DNA of 64,000 nucleotides from positions 142,910,001 through 142,974,000 of the forward strand of contig OZ024740.1 in NCBI GenBank assembly GCA_964016885.1, written 5' to 3'. This document shows, in pieces, positions 11,099 through 29,292 of the stretch. The position numbers were made by a program, and so were the translations under genes. Each line of letters begins with the position of its first letter. Positions within the stretch are counted from its first letter, which is position 1. The notes under the pieces are model-generated. The model was not told the origin of the DNA, made no database searches, and worked only from the letters and a program-made list of their open reading frames with translations. The DNA is from Eledone cirrhosa. Lineage: Eukaryota.

Positions 11099-12860
11099 GT
11101 TTGTATATGTATAATAAAGCCAAAACAATGCAGGTATGGACATAGAATAAAGAATGCAGATGCAAACGATATTGTTGACAATTAGTCTTTTACCTTAGAT
11201 TTATTTAAGTGTCCTTAATTTTCGAGATAATATCTCTTCTTCGGGGGGAAGTAAAGCGGTTAAACAAGTGTTCTAAATAGCTTGCCAAGTCATGCTGACA
11301 GGAAATGGTATAGAGTATCTGTTCTATCTCTAATGTCAAAGAGTTAAGGTTAGGTGGATAAAGAGTAGTCTCCCTTTAAAAGTTTTTTTTGTACATGCCT
11401 GTTTAAGTGTGTGGGAGAATGTGTGAGGTGTAAGTATGTGTGTGTGTGTGTGAGTGTGAGAAGATATGTCTATACGTAAATGTGGGGGATAGATGTTATC
11501 TCGTGTTAGAACTGGTCTTTGTGTGTGTATGAGAGAGAATAAGTGGGGGTGTAAGCGCGCGCGCGTGTGTATGTGTGTGTGTAAATATGGGGCTAGATGC
11601 TATATCAAGTTATAAATTGGGTGTTGAGTTCTAGTTTATTATTGATTGGTGGTTGTGTTTTGTCTATAATTAGTGCTTCCTTAATTCTAAGATTGCCGAG
11701 GTTTCTTTCCTTAGTTTCTATCCTAACTGTTATGGTTTTGTCGGTGTTTTTGCATTTAACTAGGTGTTTCTTAAATGAGGAAGCGTTAGTATTGAGGTGT
11801 TCTTTTATTCTTATGTGGAGTGGTCTGGTGGTGCTACCTACGTAGAAGTTGCTGCATTTGTCGCACTCTAGTCTGTATACGACGTAAGCCTGGTGGCATA
11901 GGTCTGTGTCGTTGATGGGGCAGTTAGTTAGCCTGCAGCGGTTGTCATTTGGTTAGCTGTCAGCGTAGAGAAGGACCTGAGTGGGCCAGTTGGATATCTA
12001 GTCCCTCTCGTCTGATCTTTCTGGCACGGTTTGTGGTGGGTGTCGTGTATCCGTTCAGTTTGAGTACTTCCAGGAAACGTGTGGTGTGTGTGTCTTGGTC
12101 TCTAGCGTCGGTGCATTTGTTCCGGATACGTGTTAGTTCGTTCCTTATGTATCCGAACTTAGCGCTGGCTGGGAGGGCCGATCTGAAATGTACGAACAGG
12201 TCCCTGCTGGCGGCTTTTTTATAGAAGCAAGTGTGGATGTTGCCTTCCTCTGTTACCCTGAGTTGGAAGTTCATTAGGGATAGGGATCTGCGGTCATCGG
12301 GGTGTTCCATGCTGAACTTTATACTGGCGTCCATGCTGAAGAATGTTGTGTATATTTTACCGCCTCCTCACGGGATGATGTAAGGATGAGTATGTCATCT
12401 ACATATCGGGTGAAGAAGGTATGGGAATGGCAGGTGTTGAGGGCTCGGCATTCTAGCTGGTTCATATAGGTCATGGCCAGCAGGCCCAATAGGCTGGATC
12501 CCATGGGTAATCCTGTTGTCTGTCTGTATGTGTGGTGGTGGAAGGTGAAGTACGTGTTGTCCACTGTGAAGGACAAAAGCTGGTGTATGTCCGTCAGAAG
12601 GAAGCCGTAGCAGTGGATGTCCTCTACGACCACGCAGTCCGTCAATAAATCGACAGCTCGATGAGCGGGGACTGTAGTGTAGAGGGAGGCAACGTCGAGG
12701 CTAAAGGCGTATCTATTTAGTTTAAGCTGTTCTGGCTGGAGTTGGTGTAGTCTACGTATGGGTCTTATTTGTGTCTTAGTACTATTCTTGTGGGTCTTGA
12801 TGAGGTGGTAGAAAGTGGGCAGTCTGCTATTCCTAGTGGTGTAGTTGAGCTTAACTTTAT
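11093..12860 (-). mobile_element. Frameshifted Penelope-like element (YVDD type): RT, GIY-YIG and 3' pseudo-LTR
   Basis: SLDVASLYT, GLPMGS, RYVDD; minus-strand AYVVYRLECDKCSNFYVGST..RIKEH at ~11610-11940; 11093-11265 is homologous to 61645-61985. Confidence 0.85.
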
Positions 12861-12879
12861 TTGGGAGTTGTATTCTCTT

Positions 12880-19995
<7,116 letters not shown>

Positions 19996-20096
19996 TAATA
20001 ACTCCGGAAAACCATTCTTGTTGAGTGCTTCCAATCTATTGTAAAACTCATTCTTTGATTTATTCATTGAACCTTGTTTAACCTTTAAATATACAT

Positions 20097-20143
<47 letters not shown>

Positions 20144-20223
20144 GGAAAAATTTGAACAGGGACAAAACAGAGAGGCAGTACAACGAATGTTTATTAATTT
20201 CACGCTCTGGAGAGTGGGGTGTT

Positions 20224-20258
<35 letters not shown>

Positions 20259-20297
20259 CAGGGAAAAGCGGACGTAAAATGATGATGATGATGATTA

Positions 20298-20374
<77 letters not shown>

Positions 20375-20583
20375 CAAGGTCTAGCAAATAAAAGTTTTAA
20401 AATAAATTTTAAAAAATTCGCAGTACTTACTATTGTGCCTTTACCGCGGTTTCATGTCTTTGCACACGGCACCAGGCAGAATTATTTCTTTCATTCATCA
20501 TTTGCTCTCATTTTGGGAATGGTTTTGTATGGCGTCAGTTTGTGATTTGAACTCGGGAATTTTATATTCTCCGAGGGAGAAGA

Positions 20584-20665
20584 GCCTTCTGAAGATTGCT
20601 CCCTTCTCAATGGGAATCCGCTTGGATTTTCCGTTTATTCTGGAGCATGAAACCGCGGTAAAGGC
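20584..20665 (+). ncRNA. Type I hammerhead ribozyme (copy 1)
   Basis: gcctt CTGAAGA t-tgctcc...ggagca-t GAAA CCGCGG TA aaggc. Confidence 0.8.
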
Positions 20666-21074
20666 ATAATAGTAAGTACTGCGAATTTTTTAAAATTTAT
20701 TTAAGAACTTTTTCTCTATTTGCTAGACCTTGATTTTATATGTTCTGGCTTGTTAATTTATTAACCCGCCATAGAACCACATTGGCATACGTTTGGATAA
20801 TACTTGTTCCCCTATATGTATTTTTTACACGTAGGAATTCATACTTTATTATTATCGATCTCCCCCTAAGGTAGCGATAAAATTTTGGCCGTTTGGATTG
20901 CTGCTATTTCTAATGGCAGGACATTGACCTGTCCACCCTGCCTTTTGTCTTTGCACACGGCACAAGACAGAATTATTTCTTTCATTCATCATTTGCTCTC
21001 ATTTTGGGAATGGTTTTGTATGGCGTCAGTTTGTGATTTGAACTCGGGAATTTTATATTCTCCGAGGGAGAAGA

Positions 21075-21156
21075 GCCTTCTGAAGATTGCTCCCTTCTCA
21101 ATGGGAATCCGCTTGGATTTTCCGTTTATTCTGGAGCATGAAACCGCGGTAAAGGC
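21075..21156 (+). ncRNA. Type I hammerhead ribozyme (copy 2)
   Basis: Same sequence as 20584-20665, 491 bp downstream. Confidence 0.8.
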
Positions 21157-21350
21157 ACAATAGTAAGTACTGCGAATTTTTTAAAATTTATTTAAAAACT
21201 TTTTCTCTATTTGTTAGACCTTGATTTTATATGTTCTGGCTTGTTAATTTATTAACTCGCCATAGAACCACATTGGCATACGGTTGGATAATACTTGTTC
21301 CCCTATATGTATTTTGTACATGTAGGAATTCATACTTTATTATTATTATT

Positions 21351-21430
<80 letters not shown>

Positions 21431-21432
<2 letters not shown>

Positions 21433-22660
21433 CATCATCATCATCATTGTTTAACGTATATCTTCCACGCTAGCATGGGTTTAGACGGGAATTGTCCCAC
21501 GTGAGGCAAGATTAGTTGTCTTGCTCGTATAGGATTGTCTGGCGGGTTTTCTACGGCTAGATGCCCTTCCTAACACCAACCACGTTTACAGTGTGGACTG
21601 GGAGGTTTTTACCGCATTACCTACAGGGCCACATTACAGTGTGGACTGTTTTTTTTTGTCGTGACACCTACACAACCTCATTTATTTAGGATGGATGTTG
21701 TGGCACCAACATAACTTTACAGAGAAAGGGGGGGGTCGTGGGGGGATGGTTTATTTTTGTTAGGAGGTGCCTTCTGACTGTAGGTTTCGCTTTCTACTTA
21801 GGCAAGGCGGGTCTTCTGTATTACTGCGTAGCGCCAAAGATCTCGGTCCAGTGACATTGTCTTGGAGAGGTCTAAGTATGTAAGGTCGAAATTTATCAAA
21901 TCGTCCCAGGTTTTTCTGGGTCTGCCTACTATTTTGATCTTCCTTTTTGGGTCGGCCTACTATTTTGAGCTTCCATCTATTTTGATCACCCTGCACTTTT
22001 TTATACAGCTGTCGTCTTTCATGCGCATCACGTGATCATACCAACGTAGTCTTCTCTCGAGTAAACAACATCTGATCCCTCTTATTCCTAATTTCTCCCT
22101 TAGTTCGTTTATGCTTTGCCGTTCACGTATATTACTATTACACATCCAACGGAGCATGCAAGATTCGTTCCTCTCCAGTCTGTGCCGATCCTCTGCACAC
22201 AATGCCCATGTCTCACTGCCATGTAACATTGCTGTTCGTATGCAGGCTTCATACAGTCTGCCTTTCATTTTTAGGGAGAAACCTTTATCGGCCAATAGTG
22301 GTATAAGCTCTCTGAACTCTTTCCATCCCATTCTGACTCTAGCTACTGTACTTTCAGATCACCCACCACCCCTGCTGATTTTGTCACCCAGGTAACGGAA
22401 GGTGTCCACTATTTCTATAGAACCATCTGGGCAAAGGAAGGAGCTAGTATCCTGTGGGCACTTGCTACTACTTATGTTAGTTTACTTGTGATCCCATTAC
22501 ATCTTTTATGTACCCATACTTTGCATTTGGTACATAAACTGGAGTTTCTGCCTACTCCTTTCCTACACACTGAGCATGGTCATTTCCCAGAGGGGACCAG
22601 TGCCCTATTTTCCTTCCTACATAATAGAACTTTAGTCTTAGACAAGTTAATTTTAAGGCG

Positions 22661-22661
<1 letters not shown>
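21431..22661 (-). mobile_element. 5'-truncated RTE LINE, same family as 2184-5690
   Basis: GWKEFRELIPLL..LHGSETW..RRLRWY; (ATC)n tail at 21431; an inverted short tail fragment at ~22719-22772. Confidence 0.9.
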
Positions 22662-22719
<58 letters not shown>

Positions 22720-22786
22720 CCATGCTAGCGTGGAAAATGGACGTTAAACGAAGATGATGATGATGATGATGATAGATATATATATA

Positions 22787-23283
22787 TGTACAGCCACCGG
22801 AGATAACATCTGTGAAATATACAGCGCCATCTACTTGTTAGCTAGCTACCTCAACGTGAAACAAAAGAACCCTTAAAACCTACCAGAATAAACGCCTACA
22901 CATCGGCTAAACATCAAACGATTATTCCTGTATAAATAGAGTGGTTCCAAACACTTCGCCAGTCGACATTTGGCAGAGTCAACTCGCGTATCGTTGTTCC
23001 TCGCCTCTGCCACGCTTTGTCTCTCACACGCCTTGTACCTCGTATCGTCGCTTTATGTGAAAATAAATAGCTGATCCAATTTACATCTCGCCTTGCTTCG
23101 TCCTTTCAACTTGTGCTTTCGTCTATCCATCCTCAACAGTTCTTTTAAGGGCTATATGCGACAACAGTCCTTTTAAGGGCTATCTTCAGATCTGATCAGA
23201 CCGTATGCGATAACAGTCCTTCTAAGGGCTATTCTCGGATCTGATCAGAAGTAGTGACCAGACTGACTAACTACGTCGCTACA
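22787..23283 (+). repeat. 5' LTR (TGTA...TACA, 497 bp)
   Basis: Direct repeat of 27961-28428, about 11 substitutions counted by eye. Confidence 0.92.
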
Positions 23284-23285
23284 AT

Positions 23286-23308
23286 TGGTAACCCGACGTG
23301 AGTCGAAC
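23286..23308 (+). promoter_or_regulatory. Primer-binding site, tRNA-Trp-like
   Basis: TGGTAACCCGACGTGAGTCGAAC, 2 nt after the LTR; resembles the complement of the eukaryotic tRNA-Trp 3' end (TGGTGACCCCGACGTGATTCGAAC). Confidence 0.75.
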
Positions 23309-26300
23309 GCGCAACCAGACAGCACCTAAGAAAATAACAACATGGACATGTCACAAACGACAGAGGTCGAGATTTCTGAGCTGCGGGCTATGATCAGAGA
23401 GCGGGCTGGTCAAATTAAAGCCCTCTCGAATCAAGTAGAGAACTTGACCTTTCAAACACACCGGCGACGCAGCAACAGTCGATCCAGGCCTTTTCACAGT
23501 CGAAGATCCAGTAGTCCCAGTCAAATTCGTGTGCCTGGCAACCTCTGCTGATATCACACAAATTTCGGCGCACAGGCATCTAAGTGCAAAGCCCCGTGCT
23601 GGCGACGACGTTCACCCCTGGCGACGACGTTCACCCCTGGCGACGACGTTCACCCCTGGCGACGACGTTCACCCCTGGTACTGAAAAGAAAAGTCGTCTA
23701 TTTTTTATTAACGACCAGGCGACAGGCATCCGTTACCTCGTGGATATAGGAGCCCAGGTTAGTGTTATTCCTGTTTCACTAATCTCGGACAAAAGACACC
23801 CAACCCCGTCCTTTCTGCAGGCAGTGAACCAATCGTCAATTCCGACTTTCGGGGAGAAGTCTCTGACCCTCAATTTAGGCCTGAGGCGGCGTTATCAATG
23901 TGTGTTCGTCGTGACAGACCTGCCGACCCCGATCCTAGGAGCCGATTTTCTCCACCACTTCAACCTTCTGGTGGATATGAAGAACTGGAGGCTTATTGAC
24001 ACCACCACAAACCTCACTGTGAGAGGTATATTTACCACGCAATCCACAGTGAGCCCTGTAATTTGCCAGTCAGAGCCTTCGCGGTACAACGGCATTCTCC
24101 GGAAATACCCAGACATCACTCGCCCGGCATTTAAGGATGGTCCTATTAAGCATAGTGCCACGCACTACATCGAGACAAAGGGACCACCCACAGCTGCCCG
24201 ACCAAGGAGACTGCCTCCAGACCGATTGAGAATCGCCAAGCAGGAGTTCCAACACATGCTGGACCTCGGAATCATTCGCCCTTCCTCCAGCAACTGGTCT
24301 GCACCTCTACACCTTGTTCCAAAAAAAACGAGAATGATTGGCGACCATGTGGGGATTATCGTGCACTTAACAATTCTACAGTGCCCGATAATTACGCACG
24401 CATCTTTTCCAAGGTAGATTTGGTGCGTGCATATAACCAGATACCTATGGAGCCTGCAGACATTCCGAAGACTGCAATCACAACACTGTTTGGTTTATTC
24501 GAATTCCTGCGAATGCCGTTCGGTCTGCGCAACGCTGCACAACTTTTCAGCGGTTTATTGACACCGCGTTACGCGATCTACCCTTTGTATACGCGTATAT
24601 TGACGACGTGCTGGTAGCAAGTACTTCTTAGCATGAACACGAGAAGCACTTAGCTCTCCTTTTCCGACGTTTGGCTGAGTACGGTATCATCATCAACCCC
24701 AGCAAGTGCCTTCTCGGCGTTCCTTCACTGTCCTTTCTCGGGCACATCATCGATAAAGACGGCATTCGTCCACTTCCCGAGAAAGTAGAAGCTATCCGCA
24801 GTTTTCCCGCACCTACATCACTTCGGAAACTGCGTGAATTCCTCGGTCTGGTGAATTTTTATAGGCGGTTCATCCCTCATTGTTCCGACGCAGCCAGACT
24901 CCTCACGGACCTTCTTCGTAACCGGACTCGCAAAAACGAAGAGATCACTCTAAACGAGGAAGAATTAACATCTTTTAACTGCCTGAAGGAAATGTTGGCA
25001 AACGCTTCCATGCTCGTTTTCCCCAGGTCTGGCGCTCCTCTTTCGCTGCTAGTGGACGCATCAGACACGGGGGTTGGAGGCGTTCTTCAACAACATGTCG
25101 ACGGCGTGTGGCACCCTAATCCTTCTTTTCTAAGCGGTTGCAACCGGCAGAAACGAAATACAGTACCTTTGGCCGCGAACTCTTGGCAGCCTATCTTTCG
25201 GTTAAGCATTTTCGGCATATGCTCGAAGGATCTCTACCACTATCACAGAACTACACACACTTGCTCACCTGCATAGATCGATTTTCTCGTTGGCCTGAGG
25301 CTTTTCCCATAAATGATACCTCAGCGGAAACAGTCGCTAAAACTTTGGTTTTACACTGGGTATCACGTTATGGCGCCCGAGCGAAGATAACAACGGATAG
25401 AGGACGCCAGTTTGATTCCCACCTCTTCAGAGAACTGACTCGCCTGTTAGGATGTAAACACATCCGCATGACAGCTTATCACCCGCAAGCTAATGGTCTC
25501 GTGGAAAGATTCCAACGCCAATTGAAAGCTGCAATAAAAGCATATCCAGACAAGACCCACTGGTTTGAATACCTACCACTCATCCTTCTGAGCATTCGAT
25601 CCACCGTTAAGGGGAAATTCGGACACACACCTGCAGAATTAGTGTACGGCACCACCCTGGTTCTACCTGGTCAGATGGTTGCTCCCATCTCTCCTCAGGA
25701 TGTTCCAGACCCAGGATCATACGTACACCGTCTTCGACAATATATGTCTCACCTTGCTCCTGCAAGCACCCGTCAACAGAACACGGCCACACACGTACCT
25801 TCAGACATTAAAGATTGGACACACGTTTTCGTTCTAAACGACACCATCTCAGCTCATCTTCGACCTCCATAGTCTGGCCCTTATCATGTTCTAAAAAAAT
25901 ATCCGAAATATTTTATTCTCGATCTAGATGGTAAACAGAATTCTGTCAGCGTGGACAGATTAAAAAAATCCATCATGGATACTGTTACAGTCTCTACACC
26001 AGAAACTCCAACAGATTGCTGTCCCAGCGAGCCACCTGTTTCATCTCCAGTCACGAGAAGCGGACGACGCGTCCATTGGCCCGCAAAGTTGGCACAATAT
26101 GTGAATTACCGTTAACCTCAAGTGAGTTTCTTAATCAGTCTTCGTGCAAAACATTTCCATTTTTCTTGTGTTTATTATTTCCAGTTTCAGATACAATGAA
26201 CTTTCTGCTTGAACAATTGCAATTTAGTGACCATGTGCTCATGTCACGAAGAACATTATTTATAATGAACATTATTTATTACAAACTCTATTTAAGAACA

Positions 26301-26839
26301 AACATTGTGTGTAACATGTTTTTTCTTCACTCTCTTGTTTTGCAAAAATTTATATTTTTCTTGTTCTGTAACATTGATTGTGTAATTGCCATAATTTTTA
26401 TAGACATACAAGGCGTGTACATATCCTGTTTTTCATGCACACTACAAAACCACGTTTGTTTCACCTTTTGGTTCATACACTGAGCAATAGATATTTGTGT
26501 CCCTCTAACTCTTACACTACAAAATGTTTTCTCTTTGATCAGGCATTTCACAAATCGCAGCCTCAAAACACTGGCCTTCTTTTTTCACGTACACATTCAC
26601 TTAATAGCTCAAGAATGCCTCGCTATTCTTTTACCACATGCATTCGCTCAAGTCATATGCTGTGGAACAAACTGTTACTTTTAGGCAGCATGCTTACGGC
26701 CATTCAATTCACACATTACGGTTATCTTCACTGCCCAGTTAGACTTTTTGTCACGCAATTCACAGGCAGCTCAACCCAAATTGCAACAGGCTCATTCATC
26801 ACGCCTGCATAAATCTGGTCAAAGTCATTTTATAGTTTA

Positions 26840-27766
26840 CTAGCAGTAAAGCCCGGCGCTGCTCGGGGTCGCTCAGTAGCTGTGTTAAAGTTACAATGTT
26901 AAGTTTCTTTTTTGGCTTAAAAACTGTAGTGTCTACTGTGCAGACTTGCATGTGGTGTTTTTGATTAATATTCCCTCAACCAACAATATGCCTTATGAAG
27001 TTAAGAAAACATAACGATAACCCGAATGTTATAACAAAAGAGGATGCTGGGGATAAAAACTGCACTGGTTATTTATTAACAAAGATCGAAAATGTAAACA
27101 CTGCAACGCAGAGAAAAATATTAGCGTAACCAAATTATCGGTTATGTCTGTCTGCACGCCTATATCAGCTCTCTGCACGACTGTCTGTCTGCACGCCTAT
27201 ATCACCTCTCTGCACGACTGTCTGTCTGCACGCCTATATCACCTCTCTGCACGACTATCTGTCTGCACGCGTATATCACCTCTCTGCACGACTGTCTGTC
27301 TGCACGACTGTCTGTCTGCACGACTGTCTGTCTGCACGCCTAACGACGAAATATTTGCTTGTTTTACGTAGTCTTTAAATAGACTTGTTTTCAAGTAAAA
27401 ATATTGTTTTAAAATGCTTTTAAATGGAAATGAAGCAAAACGGAAGCTTAGTGTTCGAACTGATGAATTTTGCAGGTCAATATTTTGCTGGCTCGACAAC
27501 TGAGAAAGCCAGCGTAATTTTTTACGTAAGACGCTCAATGTAAACAGAACAAAGGGAAATAACTGATAACTTACGCTCAAAAATCGATACATTATATTCG
27601 ATTTCGTCAGATAGGGTGGGTCAATTTAAAATTATTTTTTTTCCGATGTCTTCGCTAGGGCTCAATGTACAAGTATAGCAATTTCGGTGCAATTCCGTGA
27701 GAGATTCTAAGAGGAGATGTGTGCCAAAAATCGATAGACAGACAACCACAGTTTTATATATATAGA
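26840..27766 (-). mobile_element. Non-autonomous Helitron inserted in the Gypsy element
   Basis: 5' TC(TATATATATAAAA); 3' hairpin cccgagcagcgccggg then CTAG; A^T target with no TSD; 37-bp internal minisatellite; homologous to 62746-63638. Confidence 0.85.
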
Positions 27767-27960
27767 TTTCATTTTTCTCTTCCTGACACACACATCTTGC
27801 CATATCATCTCTACATCGACTCTGTCCTGTACTCGATGATCACAAAATTTCACAACGTGCTGGACACTCCTGGGGCTATTGTCATGACAAATACACCACT
27901 GGCCCATTACTATACGATATTTCGCTCTTTTGTTGTACAAAAGATCTGGCAGGGGGATAA

Positions 27961-28428
27961 TGTACAGCCACCGGAAATAACATCTGTGAAATATACAGCA
28001 CCATCTACTTGTTAGCTAGCTACCTCAACGTGAAACAAAAGAACCCTTAAAACCAACCAAAATAAACGCCTACACATCGGGTAAACATCAAACGTTTGTT
28101 TCTGTATAAATAGAGTGGTTCCAAACACTTCGCCAGTCGACATTTGGCAGAGTCAACTCGCGTATCGTTGTTCCTCGCCTCTGCCACGCTTTGTCTCTCA
28201 CACGCCTTGTACCTCGTATCGTCGCTTTATGTGAAAATAAATAGCTGATCCAATTTACATCTCGCCTTGCTTCGTCCTTTCAACTTGTGCTTTCGTCTGT
28301 CCATCCTCAACAGTTCTTTTAAGGGCTATATGCGACAACAGTCCTTTTAAGGGCTATCTTCAGATCTGATCAGACCGTATACGATAAGAGTCCTTCTAAG
28401 GGCTATTCTCGGATCTGATCAGAAGTAG
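27961..28428 (+). repeat. 3' LTR lacking its last ~29 bp, fused to an RTE 3' tail (28425-28553)
   Basis: Homology to the 5' LTR stops at cagaagtag; sequence continues with RTE gtagaaaacccgccag...(GAT)n. Confidence 0.88.
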
Positions 28429-28560
28429 AAAACCCGCCAGACAGTCCTATACGAGCAGGACAACCAATCTTGCCTCAAGTGGGAAAACTCCCGTCCAAAC
28501 CCATGCAAGCGTGGAAGATGGACGTTAAACGATGATGATGATTATGATGATGATATATAT

Positions 28561-28609
<49 letters not shown>

Positions 28610-28619
28610 TATCAATATA

Positions 28620-28661
<42 letters not shown>

Positions 28662-28794
28662 TATAAATATATATATATTTATATATATATATATATACAT
28701 ACATATATATATTTATTTATATATACATACATATATATATATAAATATATATATATATATTTATATATATATATACATATTTATATATAAATAT

Positions 28795-29110
28795 ATATTT
28801 CGTTTCTAAATTTGTTTAGCAAGATTCTTTATCTGAAAACGTGTGTTGAAACCGATATTGTTATACTTTGGGAGGGTCATAAGAAATACACGCACCAGTT
28901 GCTTTCACTTCAATTTATTATAATAAATTTAGGAATTTATAAATTTCCGGTTGGTTGGTTGGTTCCACAACCAGATGATTGTTTATATATTGTCAAAGTT
29001 CTTTCGTCACACATTCTGTAACCAACCGGAAATTTATAAATTCCTAAATTTATTATAATAAATTGAAGTGAAAGCATCTGGTGCGTGTGTTTCTTATTGG
29101 CAACATGACC
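28795..29110. repeat. Fold-back pseudo-LTR fragment, same family as 60205-60737
   Basis: ~28855-28956 is inverted at ~29020-29110; contains only the 3' half of an HHR on the minus strand. Confidence 0.7.
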
Positions 29111-29126
29111 CTCCCAAAGTATAACA

Positions 29127-29164
<38 letters not shown>

Positions 29165-29292
29165 TTATATATAAATATATATATATATATATTACATATT
29201 TATAAATATATATATATATATTATACATATATATATATATATTATATATATACATATATATATATTATATATCTATACATATATATTATATA

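Larger units (their letters stand above)
20370..21350 (+). mobile_element. ORF-less HHR element: short inverted arm plus head-to-tail repeat (491-bp period), in (TA)n
   Basis: 20370-20456 is the reverse complement of ~20646-20736; 20456-20853 is repeated at 20947-21345. Confidence 0.8.
22787..28428 (+). mobile_element. Gypsy LTR retrotransposon, internally deleted and frameshifted, with both LTRs
   Basis: gag remnant with C-x-YH..FG..A..C..PC; protease LVDIGA; [20 protein letters not shown]; RNase H VDASD; integrase IDRFS/TTDRG/NGLVER; PPT at 27948-27960. Confidence 0.92.

Noticed and set aside
26016-26812. ORFs after the Gypsy integrase as an env-like gene
   Set aside because: Short, low-complexity, with non-ATG starts and no recognisable motifs; more likely 3' UTR.
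27144-27340. Regular 37-bp repeats (also the 19-bp repeats at 23599) as a CRISPR-like array
   Set aside because: Head-to-tail with no unique spacers, inside a Helitron or Gypsy element, in eukaryotic DNA with no cas genes.
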